Assembly: GCF_032334255.1 (NCBI RefSeq)
Contig: NZ_JAUHMF010000001.1
Coordinates: 1,766,366 to 1,790,365, forward strand
Length of the DNA stretch: 24,000 nt
Source: Thermanaerothrix solaris
GTDB taxonomy: Bacteria > Chloroflexota > Anaerolineae > Anaerolineales > Anaerolineaceae
Direction: 5' to 3'
In this document: piece by piece, positions 1-9,515 of the stretch
Layout of the letters: each line of letters opens with the position of its first letter
Numbering within the stretch: position 1 is the first letter of the stretch
Position numbers and translations under genes: made by a program
Notes under the pieces: generated by a model
What the model saw: the letters and a program-made list of their open reading frames with translations, nothing else
What the model was told of the DNA's origin: nothing
Databases searched by the model: none

Positions 1-698
1 AGCACCTCTTGCCCGTGGGTCAGGCGATCATGAATGCGCGCCGCCAGGGTTTCGATTTCATCCAGCGCCTTGCTGCGCGCCTGGATGATCAACGCCCCGC
101 GCTCCACCAGCAAGGCGTCCCAGTATTGCAATTGCGCCGGGTCACCCCCGCGCTCGCCCAACTGCTTGAGCAGGGCGTTACGCTGGCCAAGGATCTGGGT
201 ATATTCGCTGAGCGCCTGGGCGTAGCCGGGCATCACCTGCGCCAGCGCCATATTGAGGTAACGGCGGCGTTCCTCGGGCGCACCTTCGATGATGTTGGTC
301 ATCTGGGGCAGGAAGAGCACCGCGTTGAAGTGTCCCAGCGCCTCACGCGCGGTACGTTTGACCCCATCCACCAGGATTTCACGGCGCATCCGGTTGCCGT
401 TGAGCGCAGCGTTTTCCTGGATCAGGCGCACTTCCAGGCGGTGGGTGTGCTCGCCGCGGATGAATTCGGCTACAATGCGCGCCACCGCCAGCGGTTCGCG
501 CGCGGCCAGGAAGTTGATCAACTGGCGGTCGCTCTCGGTATGAAACGAGGTCAGCGTGGCCAGGTAGTAGATCGCTTCGAGCAGGGTGGTCTTCCCCTGC
601 GCGTTTTCACCCACGATAAGCAACGTTGGGCGCGGGACGTCCACATCCAAGCGGGCAAAGGCGCGGAAATTGGTCAGTGAGAGGTGCGTCAGGATCAT
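1..698 (-). CDS. recF: DNA replication and repair protein RecF, partial (C-terminus beyond window start)
   Basis: Reverse-strand translation from ATG at 698: MILTHLSLTNFRAFARLDVDVPRPTLLIVGENAQGKTTLLEAIYYLATLTSFHTES..., with Walker A GENAQGKT typical of RecF. It is missing from the ORF track because no stop falls inside the window. Confidence 0.93.
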   Translation of the reverse strand, partial: MILTHLSLTNFRAFARLDVDVPRPTLLIVGENAQGKTTLLEAIYYLATLTSFHTESDRQLINFLAAREPLAVARIVAEFIRGEHTHRLEVRLIQENAALNGNRMRREILVDGVKRTAREALGHFNAVLFLPQMTNIIEGAPEERRRYLNMALAQVMPGYAQALSEYTQILGQRNALLKQLGERGGDPAQLQYWDALLVERGALIIQARSKALDEIETLAARIHDRLTHGQEV

Positions 699-737
699 CC
701 CCGCCTCGTTGGGTCGGTGCAGGCTGGCGCGGGCGGC

Positions 738-1244
738 TTAATCCACCGCAACAGCTTCTTCGGGGCTGGGCTTCCAAACCCGCACGGCGCGATCGGTAAA
801 GAGGACACCGTCCAGGTGGTCAATCTCATGCTGAAAGATGCGTGCCACCCACCCTCGTAGTTTGAGTTTGATCGGCTGACCACGGCGGTTCTGGCCCTTG
901 ACCACAATGCGTTGGTAGCGCTCGACCTCTCCCACCAAATCGGGGATAGAAAGACAGCCTTCCACGCCCATTTCGGTCTCGGCAGAGACCTCAACAATCT
1001 CGGGGTTGACCACGACGTAGAGGCGAGGCGGCTTATCCTCATCCTCGTCCTCGCCGTATTCCACCACAATGACCCGTTGGGAGACGCCAACCTGGGGCGC
1101 GGCCAGCCCCACGCCGGGAGCAGCGCGCATGGTCTCGATCATATCCTCAATCAATTGCTGCAGATCCGTGTCAAACTGGCGCACCTTTTGGGCTTTGCGC
1201 CGCAACACCGGATCGGGAACAGTAACAATGGGGCGAATGGCCAT
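738..1244 (-). CDS. def: Peptide deformylase
   Basis: 168 aa: PILRRKA-like N-terminus (PDPVLRRKAQKVRQFD), GVGLAAPQVG motif, EGCLSIP motif, HEIDHLDGVLF metal-binding motif. Confidence 0.97.
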   Translation of the reverse strand: MAIRPIVTVPDPVLRRKAQKVRQFDTDLQQLIEDMIETMRAAPGVGLAAPQVGVSQRVIVVEYGEDEDEDKPPRLYVVVNPEIVEVSAETEMGVEGCLSIPDLVGEVERYQRIVVKGQNRRGQPIKLKLRGWVARIFQHEIDHLDGVLFTDRAVRVWKPSPEEAVAVD

Positions 1245-1286
1245 TGGTGTACCTACCTCTAAACATGCTGAAAACGTACTCCTATT

Positions 1287-2993
1287 TTACCCCGATTCTG
1301 TTCCTGCCGGGGGCTTCGGCTCGGATTCGGCGGGTGGGTGACTGCTGACCATGCGGTGATATAACTCGATCCACTCGGCCAGTTGTTCACGCTGGGTTTG
1401 CTCGGCCCGCTGTTCCTCGCGTTGCTTGACCGCGACCAGGCGCTGGAACAATTCACGCTGTACCTCAGAGGGGTTGTAGACATCGTCAAAGGTGAATTGG
1501 GTATCTCCAACGCGGATGTAGACCGTGCCGAAATTAAGCAAGAGGTGAATGATGGTCTTCCGCGCGTATTCAATGGTCTGGATGTTGCGCAGGGGGGCAC
1601 TGCGTTTTTCTTCCGTCCCCAGCGGCTTTTTATACACGTCAATGATCATGTCCGGTGTGATGATATAGCGGTCGTTGCGCCAGTCCACATATTGGTACAG
1701 CCACCACAGCGCCAGCGCCGGTACACCAAGCACCAGTACGATCCAGCCCAAGCGTGACGGCAAAGGTAAGCGCTGGCTCAGGATCAACCAGCCCAGGGCA
1801 ACGTCCACGAGCAGAGCCAGGGTAGGCGGGGCCGTCTTGGCCAGGAGGATGGCCCAATGGGTGCGATAGACGATGGTGTCCCCCACCTCCTCACGCAGCA
1901 TGAACAGGCGCGCCAGGGTCTGGCCCAGACGTTGGGTAGAACTGGGAGGTGGGGGTGAGGTCTCTTCAGGGGGTGCTTCTGATGAGGATGAGGAAGGACC
2001 GGTGGGCAGCCCCAAACGGCTGCGAATCGTGGCTTCGATGGCTGCGCGTTGGGCGCGGCGGCGACCGCGGCGAGCACGGTCGCGCTGTTCTTCCAGCAAG
2101 TTCAGCACCAATTGCGGCTCTGCCAGGCGATCCAGGATCAATTGCCCGGTGTAGGTACGCACAATCAGGCTGCCATAGTTAAGGAAGCGGCCAATCTGAT
2201 CGGTCTGCACCTCATCGGCCAAAATGGCTTCCAGTGGCACTTCCTGACGGCTCTCATAAAGCAGGATCACCCGTTCCAGCAACACTACCCGGCGGTTGGT
2301 AATGATGACGTAATCGTTGCTCCAATCCACTGCAGACCAGGCCAGCCAGCCCAGCCCGCCCACCAGGCTAAGAATCAGCAACAGGGTGGGCAGGAGCGCC
2401 CCGTGCCAAACCACAATGGTGAGGAAGGCAAACAGGCCCACCAGCGCACCGGTGACCACGGCGGGCAGCGCAATGCGCAAGAAAAGGAAGAAGGGATGAC
2501 GGCGTGCCACATAGCGCACAACCTCACGTGGGCTGCGCCAGGGCAGGCGCAGGCGTGAGGCTAACAGATAACTGTTCAAGATCAGACGAAAGGCCGGGCT
2601 CAGGTCAGGAAATTCGCGCACCAGCGCCAGGTAGTCCGCCCCTTCTAAACGCAGCACGATCAGCGGCGCAGCAGCCGTAGCGGTAGCGCGGCGCGCCAAC
2701 GGAGTGGGGCTGAGGGCTTCCTCGCCGAAGTAATCCCCTTCTTCCAAGTAGGTCACCTCTTCATCGTTGCCCCGCTGATGACTGAGGCGCACCCGTCCGC
2801 TGAAGATCAGGAAAAATGCCGTGGCATCCTGACCTTCTTCGTAAAGCGCCAGCCCCTCTTCATAAAAGAGCGCCTGCCAATAAGTCATCACGCGCAGCAG
2901 TTGCTCATCGCTGAGGCGGCGAAAGAGATGACACTGCCGTAGAAGCGTTAGCACCTCTTGCTGGGGGATGTCCATGCTCATAGTATAGCCCAA
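1287..2993 (-). CDS. Cyclic-nucleotide-binding-domain protein fused to two membrane-associated bacterial PH-like (YdbT-like) units
   Basis: 568 aa. N-terminal cNMP domain (LFRRLSDEQLLRVM...GEEALSPTP). Then two repeats of TM pair plus NDYVIITNRRVVLLERV / NDRYIITPDMIIDVYKK followed by NIQTIEYA/ILADEVQTDQIGRFLNYG-type PH-like segments. Confidence 0.8.
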   Translation of the reverse strand: MGYTMSMDIPQQEVLTLLRQCHLFRRLSDEQLLRVMTYWQALFYEEGLALYEEGQDATAFFLIFSGRVRLSHQRGNDEEVTYLEEGDYFGEEALSPTPLARRATATAAAPLIVLRLEGADYLALVREFPDLSPAFRLILNSYLLASRLRLPWRSPREVVRYVARRHPFFLFLRIALPAVVTGALVGLFAFLTIVVWHGALLPTLLLILSLVGGLGWLAWSAVDWSNDYVIITNRRVVLLERVILLYESRQEVPLEAILADEVQTDQIGRFLNYGSLIVRTYTGQLILDRLAEPQLVLNLLEEQRDRARRGRRRAQRAAIEATIRSRLGLPTGPSSSSSEAPPEETSPPPPSSTQRLGQTLARLFMLREEVGDTIVYRTHWAILLAKTAPPTLALLVDVALGWLILSQRLPLPSRLGWIVLVLGVPALALWWLYQYVDWRNDRYIITPDMIIDVYKKPLGTEEKRSAPLRNIQTIEYARKTIIHLLLNFGTVYIRVGDTQFTFDDVYNPSEVQRELFQRLVAVKQREEQRAEQTQREQLAEWIELYHRMVSSHPPAESEPKPPAGTESG

Positions 2994-3075
2994 TCTCTGA
3001 TGGAGGTGAAAGAGCCCCCACCTTCAGGCATGCAAAAAGCGTGCCCATTGACCGTTCTCCGGGCAATGCGCAGAT

Positions 3076-3105
3076 AAAAAAATGCCCCGGGGTACACCCG
3101 GGGCA
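3076..3105 (-). terminator. Intrinsic terminator downstream of the M32 carboxypeptidase gene
   Basis: Perfect 9-bp stem TGCCCCGGG (3083-3091)/CCCGGGGCA (3097-3105). On the minus strand it is followed by a T run (AAAAAAA on plus, about 3076-3082). Confidence 0.85.
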
Positions 3106-3129
3106 GAAGGAAAGCCCGACCGAAGGGGA

Positions 3130-4656
3130 TTACAGGCCGTAAATCTCGCCGTACTTGGCGCTCAGATAGCGCAGGTAGGGCTCGGGGGTGATCGGCGAAC
3201 CCGTCACGCGCTGCACCAGCTCTTGCGGCTCGAACTTCGCCCCGTGCTGGTGAATCTTCTCGCGCAGCCAGGCCAGCAGATCTGCAAATTCCCCGCGGGC
3301 AATCTGCGCTTCCACGTCGGGAAGATCGCGTTGGATGGTTTCCCACAACTGCGCCGAGACCAGGTTGCCCAGCGCATAGGTGGGGAAATACCCAATCAAC
3401 CCTGCCGACCAGTGCACATCTTGCAGCACCCCCAGGCGATCGTTGGGCGGAACGATGCCCAAGTAGTCCTGCATGCGACTGTTCCACGCCTCGGGCAGAT
3501 CTTGAACGTCCAGGCTGCCTTCAGCGAGAGCGATCTCCAGTTCCAGGCGCAACATGATGTGCAGGTTGTAGGTGGCTTCGTCGGCTTCAACGCGGATAAA
3601 GGACGGCTTGACTTTGTTGATCGCCTTGTAAAACGCCTCCAGGCTCACATTGCCCAACTGGCGTGGGAAGAGCGCTTGTAAGCGCGGGTAAGCGTAGCGC
3701 CAGAAAGGCTTTGACCGCCCGACCAGGTTCTCCCACATTCGTGATTGCGACTCGTGCACCGCCATCGAAGCACCATCGGCAAGGATGGTGCGGCGCAGGT
3801 TGCGTCCGATACCCTGATGGTAGAGAGCGTGCCCGCATTCGTGCATGGTGCTGAAGAGCCCTGAGACCAGGTTGCGGGGGTGAATGCGGGTGGTAATGCG
3901 CACATCGCCCAGGCCGAAGGCGGTTGTGAAAGGATGCGCCGAACGATCCTGTCGCCCGGCTTTCCAGTCATAGCCGAAGCGGGTGATCACCTCCACGCCG
4001 AAATCCCATTGCTTCTTCTCGCTGTAGCGCAAGAAAAGAAAACCATCTTCTACCGGTGGGCGTGTGGCGATCTGACGCACCAAGTCAACTTGATGCGGGC
4101 GCAAGGCGTTGAAAATCGCCTGCACCTCGGCGGTCTTCATCCCCGGCTCAAAATCATCCAGCAACGGGTCATAAACGTGATCATAGGGCGCGAAGCACTC
4201 GGCATAGGCGCGGCGCAGTTCGACGACCTTTTCCAGGTGCGGGCGGAAGTGAGCAAAGTTGGATTCGGCGCGCGCCTGCACCCAGGCTTCCTGCGCCAGG
4301 GTGGTCACCTGAGTGAATTCGGCCACCAAATCCGTGGGCACCTTGGTCTGCTTATCATAAGCACGCTTGGCTTTGTAGATCAGCCGCGCTTCGTCCGAAT
4401 CAGGGGGCAGGGTTTCGGCATAGGGGAGCAGATCCTCAATCAGTTGCCCCACCTCCGGGGCAGTGGCTTTGAGGTGGATCAGGCGGGATAGAGTGGCCAG
4501 TTGCTCACTGCGTTCCTCGGCACCCGCGGGGGGCATGTAGGTCTGCTGATCCCACGAGAGCACTGCCGCGGCGGCTTGCAGGTCCACCACCTCGGCCATC
4601 AGGGTTTTGAGTCGTTGGAGTTTCTCTTCCATGCTTACCTCAGCGTGATAGATCAT
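3130..4656 (-). CDS. M32 family metallocarboxypeptidase (carboxypeptidase Taq-like)
   Basis: 508 aa; HECGHALYHQG (HEXXH) motif, VHESQSRMWENLVGRS, DEATYNLHIMLRLELE. Confidence 0.95.
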   Translation of the reverse strand: MIYHAEVSMEEKLQRLKTLMAEVVDLQAAAAVLSWDQQTYMPPAGAEERSEQLATLSRLIHLKATAPEVGQLIEDLLPYAETLPPDSDEARLIYKAKRAYDKQTKVPTDLVAEFTQVTTLAQEAWVQARAESNFAHFRPHLEKVVELRRAYAECFAPYDHVYDPLLDDFEPGMKTAEVQAIFNALRPHQVDLVRQIATRPPVEDGFLFLRYSEKKQWDFGVEVITRFGYDWKAGRQDRSAHPFTTAFGLGDVRITTRIHPRNLVSGLFSTMHECGHALYHQGIGRNLRRTILADGASMAVHESQSRMWENLVGRSKPFWRYAYPRLQALFPRQLGNVSLEAFYKAINKVKPSFIRVEADEATYNLHIMLRLELEIALAEGSLDVQDLPEAWNSRMQDYLGIVPPNDRLGVLQDVHWSAGLIGYFPTYALGNLVSAQLWETIQRDLPDVEAQIARGEFADLLAWLREKIHQHGAKFEPQELVQRVTGSPITPEPYLRYLSAKYGEIYGL

Positions 4657-4659
4657 GGA

Positions 4660-5601
4660 TCAAGCGACGCGCCAGCGCAGGGGCTTGCCCTCCAGGGCGG
4701 CGAGCACCTCGGTGGCAATGTCCTCGGCAGCGCGGGTTTGGGCTTCGACAGTTTGGGCGCCGATGTGCGGCGTGCAGACGACTTTGGGGTGGGTGACCAG
4801 GGCGGTTGCCCCGGGTGGTTCGGTAGCGAAGACGTCTAACCCGGCTCCGGCTACCTTGCCCGAATTGAGTGCCTGGAGCAGGGCTTCTTCGTCAATCACG
4901 CCCCCGCGCGCAGCGCAGATGATATAGACGCCGTCCTTCATCTTGGCAAAGGCTTCGGCGTTGAGCAGGTTGCGCGTGTTCTCATCCAGCGGAACGTGCA
5001 GGGTGATGATGTCGGCGCGGTGGAGCAATTCATCCAGCGAGACCGGCTCGCCCCCACGCAGGCGGATGGCCTCGGCGGGGAGTAGGGGATCATAGGCAAG
5101 AATGTCCATATCGAAGGCTTTGGCGCGGCGGGCCACCTCGGTGCCAATACGCCCGAAGCCGATCACACCGAGGGTCTTGCGCCAAAGTTCGTGTCCTTCC
5201 AGTTCTTTCTTGATCCACTGGCCGGCCTTCATGGTGGCATCGGCGCGCGGGATCTCGCGCACGACCGAAAGCATCAAACCCAGAGTGAGTTCGGCCACAG
5301 CGATGGTAGTTGCAGTCGGTGAGTTGACGACAATGACGTTGTGGGCTTTAGCAGCGTTGAGGTCAATGTTATCCACGCCCACGCCGGCGCGGCCCACGAC
5401 TTTGAGGCGCGGAGCGGCATCGAAGACCGCCGCGGTGACCTTGGTGCGCCCGCGCACAATCAGCGCATCGTACTCGGCGACCACCTTGAGCAGGTCATCG
5501 GCGGAGATGCCGGCACGGTTATCCACCTGCGCGGCAGCACGCAGAATGTCCTGGCCATTCTGTTCCAGGCCATCGGTGAGCAGAATCTTCCATTCGGGCA
5601 T
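4660..5601 (-). CDS. serA: D-3-phosphoglycerate dehydrogenase-like 2-hydroxyacid dehydrogenase (short form lacking ACT domain)
   Basis: 313 aa; VVGRAGVGVDNIDLNAAKAHNVIVVNSP, LGVIGFGRIGTEVARRAKAF, HVPLDENTRNLLNAEAFAKMKDGVYIICAARGGVIDE, HIGAQTVEAQ. Confidence 0.9.
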   Translation of the reverse strand: MPEWKILLTDGLEQNGQDILRAAAQVDNRAGISADDLLKVVAEYDALIVRGRTKVTAAVFDAAPRLKVVGRAGVGVDNIDLNAAKAHNVIVVNSPTATTIAVAELTLGLMLSVVREIPRADATMKAGQWIKKELEGHELWRKTLGVIGFGRIGTEVARRAKAFDMDILAYDPLLPAEAIRLRGGEPVSLDELLHRADIITLHVPLDENTRNLLNAEAFAKMKDGVYIICAARGGVIDEEALLQALNSGKVAGAGLDVFATEPPGATALVTHPKVVCTPHIGAQTVEAQTRAAEDIATEVLAALEGKPLRWRVA

Positions 5602-5801
5602 GGCTCATCTCCTTTTGGGTGGGGGTGATTCGTGAGACGAAGTGGGGCATACGCCCCCCTGCGCTATGATTTTACCCCAAAAGGCAGGGGGAGGAAACAA
5701 TTGCCCTTGAACATTAAATTAGCCAAGGTCTATTGAGGAGAAACAAAAAAAGCCTGTGGACCGCAAGAGGGCAAACCCTTTGCGATAAAGGCGGTGAAAC
5801 A

Positions 5802-6383
5802 TTAGAGTAACTCAGGAGGGACCGGAGGCGCTACTTGAGCAGGAAAGATTAGATGGAGCAAGTTGAGCAACTTATAAGCAATCTCTTCATCAAATGTATA
5901 AAAACCCTCGTAAACGCGGCCATGAGGTTTGTTGGTTTCACTGCTCTTCTCCTCTGCAAGTAAAGTCATGCTGAGTCCTGGTCCATAGGCAACCAAAAAC
6001 CAATAATTCACCAACGCGCTGTTTGATGTATCCATAAAATAAATGTTGGGCCAGGACGGGAGTTGAGTATCCGGTACAGCATAAAGCCATAATCCTGTCA
6101 CTCTGGTGGCAATCCGTTCATAACGTAGGGATTGATCCTCTATGCGAGAGAGATACTGAAAGGAAACGTGAAGTTCGGCGGGGCGCACAGCCTGAACTGC
6201 AGCATCCTCTATCATGTGACTGATGTGAATCATAGTATTGACCGAGAAAATATAACGAAATTGCCGGGTTTGCAAATCTTCTTCAGAGACCTGTGAGAGC
6301 AGGGTCTCGGCTTGTGGAGAGAATGTAGGTAAAGCGCGCTGGAAGAATTGGATAAACAGGGCAACTGGATCTCGGGTAAGCAT
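5802..6383 (-). CDS. Putative DICT-sensory-domain-like protein
   Basis: The ORF is open from 6509, but the likely start is the internal ATG at 6383 (MLTRDPVALFIQFFQRALPTFSPQ...) with GAGGTG ribosome-binding sequence upstream. Motifs ...ELHVSFQYLSRIEDQSLRYERIATRVTGLWLYAVPD..., FLVAYGPGLSMTLLAEE and VYEGFYTFDEE resemble DICT domains (recalled pattern, not searched). Confidence 0.6.
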   Translation of the reverse strand: MLTRDPVALFIQFFQRALPTFSPQAETLLSQVSEEDLQTRQFRYIFSVNTMIHISHMIEDAAVQAVRPAELHVSFQYLSRIEDQSLRYERIATRVTGLWLYAVPDTQLPSWPNIYFMDTSNSALVNYWFLVAYGPGLSMTLLAEEKSSETNKPHGRVYEGFYTFDEEIAYKLLNLLHLIFPAQVAPPVPPELL

Positions 6384-6664
6384 CAAACACCTCGGTTTGA
6401 ATAGGATGATAAAAAAGTATAGCCGGAGATTGTTTTGGGCAAGAGGGAACGTATAAGGTGCAGGAATATATATGGCGTTACCACCATCCTCAATCACCCG
6501 ATCAAGCAAATTGATCGGGACTACTTCAGCGAGGATTAGCTTTTAGAGCGGTCGGGCTTTTGGTTTTGACAAACCTTATACAATCTCTATTCAAGCCCGT
6601 ACCTGGGATTACAATAAAACCAGGCAATTCTGCCTCATCTCTCGGCTCGCGAAAGGTCTTCTAA

Positions 6665-7444
6665 ATGAATCGGGATCGTTTACGCCAGTGGCTCACCGTT
6701 TTGCTTGTTCTAATCACTATCGTCATCAATGGGCTGGCCAATGCCCTGCCCTTCAACAACCTCACCACGGGTGAAATTTCCGACCGCTTCCAGGTCTATT
6801 TTGTCCCCGCGGGTTACGTCTTTTCCATTTGGGGGTTGATCTACCTCGGTCTGATCGCCTTTGCCGTCTTTCAGGCCCTACCTGCCCAGCGCGAAAATCC
6901 GCGCTTGCGGGCTATCTTCCCCTGGTTTGTCCTGGCCAGCCTCGCCAACATCACCTGGCTCTTTTTGTGGCATTATGAGCAGTTTGTGTTCACCCTGCCA
7001 GCCATGCTGACCCTGCTGATCAGTCTGATTTTCATCTATCTGCGGCTGGGCATCGGGCGTAGCACTGTCTCAGCCGCCGAACGCTGGGTGACCCACGCCC
7101 CCTTTAGCCTCTACCTGGGCTGGATCAGCGTTGCCACCATCGCCAACGTCACCGATGTCCTCTACTATTTGGGCTGGAACGGCGGCGGTTTGGCCCCCGA
7201 GGTCTGGGCGGTAATCATGCTGGGGGTGGTTGTCGCGCTGGCGGCACTCATGGCCTGGGCCCGCCGCGACGTGATCTACCTGCTGGTGTTCGTCTGGGCG
7301 CTGGCCGGGATCGCGGTCAAGCAAAGCGCTACACCGCTGGTCGCGGGTGCCGCAGCGGCCGGTGCAGGTGCAGTCGGCGTGCTGGCAGTGTTCAGCCTGG
7401 TGAGATCGCGGCGCGGGACGGTCAAGACAGCACTCTCAGGGTGA
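6665..7444 (+). CDS. TspO/MBR-like tryptophan-rich sensory membrane protein
   Basis: 259 aa multi-TM protein: FVPAGYVFSIWGLIYLGL, NITWLFLWHY, YLGWISVATIANVTDVLYYLGW, VWAVIMLGVVVALA. Confidence 0.75.
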   Translation: MNRDRLRQWLTVLLVLITIVINGLANALPFNNLTTGEISDRFQVYFVPAGYVFSIWGLIYLGLIAFAVFQALPAQRENPRLRAIFPWFVLASLANITWLFLWHYEQFVFTLPAMLTLLISLIFIYLRLGIGRSTVSAAERWVTHAPFSLYLGWISVATIANVTDVLYYLGWNGGGLAPEVWAVIMLGVVVALAALMAWARRDVIYLLVFVWALAGIAVKQSATPLVAGAAAAGAGAVGVLAVFSLVRSRRGTVKTALSG

Positions 7445-7528
7445 GGTGCTGACCATCCCCAGGGCAAAGGTTGCATCGGTATAGGTGAAAATAACGGTAT
7501 AGAAGCGCGTCGGCGGCGCGGGGGCAAA

Positions 7529-8056
7529 CTAAAGATCCCACGTGCCGTCACCGCGATTTTGAGCAACTAATTCCCATGTCTGGTTGGTGCAGAAGCGTGC
7601 CCAATTGGTGTGATTATCCCCGGCGAGCAAGATTTGACCCACCTCACGATGAGGATCTACACCGCGCACCACCAGGTGATAGGCTTCAACCTGACCCAGA
7701 CCATCCCGCCCCGGACAACCTCGTCCAACCCCGAAAAAGCCATCGGCACCGCGAAAACGAACACCCAAACGTTGAGATGTGGCTGGCGCCCAATAAGATG
7801 TGGTCGGTGGCGTGTTTGTCGGCAATCCCGGCGGTGTGACTGGAGGCATGGAGGTCGGCCCCACTCCTGCGATGGACGCCTCGGTTGGCGACCGGGAATG
7901 ACGTTCCACGGAAACCTCAAACCAGCGCAGGTGCAACACCGGGTTGGGTGAAAGAAGGGTGACCAGACAGGCCCCCAAACACAGACCGGTCAGCGCAATA
8001 CCGCCCAGGGCGATTACCATCAGCAGATAAACGTTGAGACGGGGACGCGATTCCAT
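7529..8056 (-). CDS. Putative membrane-anchored/secreted hypothetical protein
   Basis: 175 aa with N-terminal hydrophobic segment (VYLLMVIALGGIALTGLCLGACLVTLL) and a Pro/Thr-rich linker. The C-terminal half has weak coding character. Confidence 0.45.
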   Translation of the reverse strand: MESRPRLNVYLLMVIALGGIALTGLCLGACLVTLLSPNPVLHLRWFEVSVERHSRSPTEASIAGVGPTSMPPVTPPGLPTNTPPTTSYWAPATSQRLGVRFRGADGFFGVGRGCPGRDGLGQVEAYHLVVRGVDPHREVGQILLAGDNHTNWARFCTNQTWELVAQNRGDGTWDL

Positions 8057-8084
8057 AGGTACCTCATGAGCACTTGGTGGAGGG

Positions 8085-9431
8085 CTACGGGGACATCAAG
8101 CGCTGGAAAACCGCTTGCGCCCAATCCCAGAGGGCTTTTTGGGTGGTGGCATCGGCAACAAGCGCACCGCGTCCGTTGAACGCCAACTGAAAGGCAAAAC
8201 CATCGGCATAGGGCTGCTCAAAGGCCTGACTTAAGGGTTGCAATCCATCCACCCACCCGTAGAGCGTTTCCAGTTCCTTGGCCGTCAAGCGCTGGCGTGT
8301 GATCAGCGTTGGAGCAGACTGGGAATTGCGGCAGTCGTAGACCTCGGCCCAGCCCGATTCGTAGACGCGCAGGATCTGGCATAGGCCAGCAATGCCCCCA
8401 CTGCGCTGCCACGAAAGCACCAGCCCCAGCCCACCTTCAAACTCTACATTTTGCGCCGCCGCGACCTGCGCCGCCACCCAAGCCGCCAAACTGCGCTGCT
8501 CGGCAGGGGTGGCTTTCTGCGATCCTTTACCGGCCAGGCTGACCCACCCCAGCGCCGTCTCGGCCTCAAACGGGGCGTAGGTTTGCACAAACTGGCTCAA
8601 TTCGGCAGCCTGCTCGGGCGACTTAAAGGCCCAACGCTGCGCTGCCGCCCCACACGCCCCGTAGGTCAGCCCCTGCAGGTTAACCTCAGCGCTCAGGCAA
8701 GCGCTCTCACTCTGCCGTTGCCAGCGCACCAGGGGCTGAGCGCTGCCATGGGGTAGGGACTCGACCAGGCGGATCGCGCTGCCGTTCTGGTTGGTATGCA
8801 GGGTGTAACGGGTGCCTTGCACCTCTAGGGTGATTCGGTAGCCCGGCGTGAGCACCTGGGCACACATTTCATCCGGGCGGGCGGCGCCTAAGCAAGCATC
8901 CGGCCAGGTCACCTCTTCGGCGCCCACCACCGTGATCGCCAGCGGGTCGGATAGACCAAGGTGCTCAGCCAGGTAGCGCCGTGCGGCTTCCACCGCCGGC
9001 ACATTAGCGGGAGAGGGGGGGACTCGCAAGTCTTCGGCACGCACGTTATCACCTTCCAAATTGGTGCGGTAGGTAACGGTTTGTCCTTTAGCCTCCAAGA
9101 CCACACGGAAACCCTCTACCATCATCTCGGCGCAGGCCTCATCGGGTGCGGGTAAGCCCAGGCAAGTATCCGGCCACTGGGCCGACTCAATATGCAGGAT
9201 AGAAACGGCCTCGGTGGAAGGCCCCAGGCGTGCGGCCAAATCGGCCTGGGCCGCCGCGGCGGCACGTAGCGCGGTCGGTGCCAGTGGCGTCGCGGCGCTG
9301 GTCGGCGTGGCCAAGCCGTTGGGCAAGGGAGTTTTGACATCCGGGGTAGGGGTCAGCGCTAAGGGTTGGCAAGCCGATAGTCCCAGGAGTAGCACCCCTA
9401 ATCCCAGACTCAGCCATTTGGTCAACGACAT
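8085..9431 (-). CDS. Putative lipoprotein with duplicated WPD(A/T)CLG domain
   Basis: 448 aa; lipobox LLLGLSAC. Internal repeat QWPDTCLGLPAPDEACAEMMVEGFRVVLEAKGQTVTYRTN / TWPDACLGAARPDEMCAQVLTPGYRITLEVQGTRYTLHTN. Confidence 0.8.
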   Translation of the reverse strand: MSLTKWLSLGLGVLLLGLSACQPLALTPTPDVKTPLPNGLATPTSAATPLAPTALRAAAAAQADLAARLGPSTEAVSILHIESAQWPDTCLGLPAPDEACAEMMVEGFRVVLEAKGQTVTYRTNLEGDNVRAEDLRVPPSPANVPAVEAARRYLAEHLGLSDPLAITVVGAEEVTWPDACLGAARPDEMCAQVLTPGYRITLEVQGTRYTLHTNQNGSAIRLVESLPHGSAQPLVRWQRQSESACLSAEVNLQGLTYGACGAAAQRWAFKSPEQAAELSQFVQTYAPFEAETALGWVSLAGKGSQKATPAEQRSLAAWVAAQVAAAQNVEFEGGLGLVLSWQRSGGIAGLCQILRVYESGWAEVYDCRNSQSAPTLITRQRLTAKELETLYGWVDGLQPLSQAFEQPYADGFAFQLAFNGRGALVADATTQKALWDWAQAVFQRLMSP

Positions 9432-9515
9432 TTTCCTCTCCTCTCTGTGTTCATGATTTGATAGATAAGGCTATGATTTGGACGTCCGCTGCCGCAAAGA
9501 AGTTCCCCCCTCAGG

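Noticed and set aside
9-680. Plus-strand 223-aa ORF
   Set aside because: Antisense to the clearly recognisable recF coding frame; composition has no protein-family signal.
2049-2558. Plus-strand 169-aa ORF
   Set aside because: Antisense to the 568-aa cNMP/PH protein; typical high-GC shadow ORF.
3880-4491. Plus-strand 203-aa ORF
   Set aside because: Antisense shadow of the M32 carboxypeptidase gene.
5102-5635. Plus-strand 177-aa ORF
   Set aside because: Antisense to the serA-like dehydrogenase gene.
7276-7566. Minus-strand 96-aa ORF overlapping the TspO-like gene
   Set aside because: Shadow of a well-supported membrane protein gene; Arg/Pro/Ala-rich composition.
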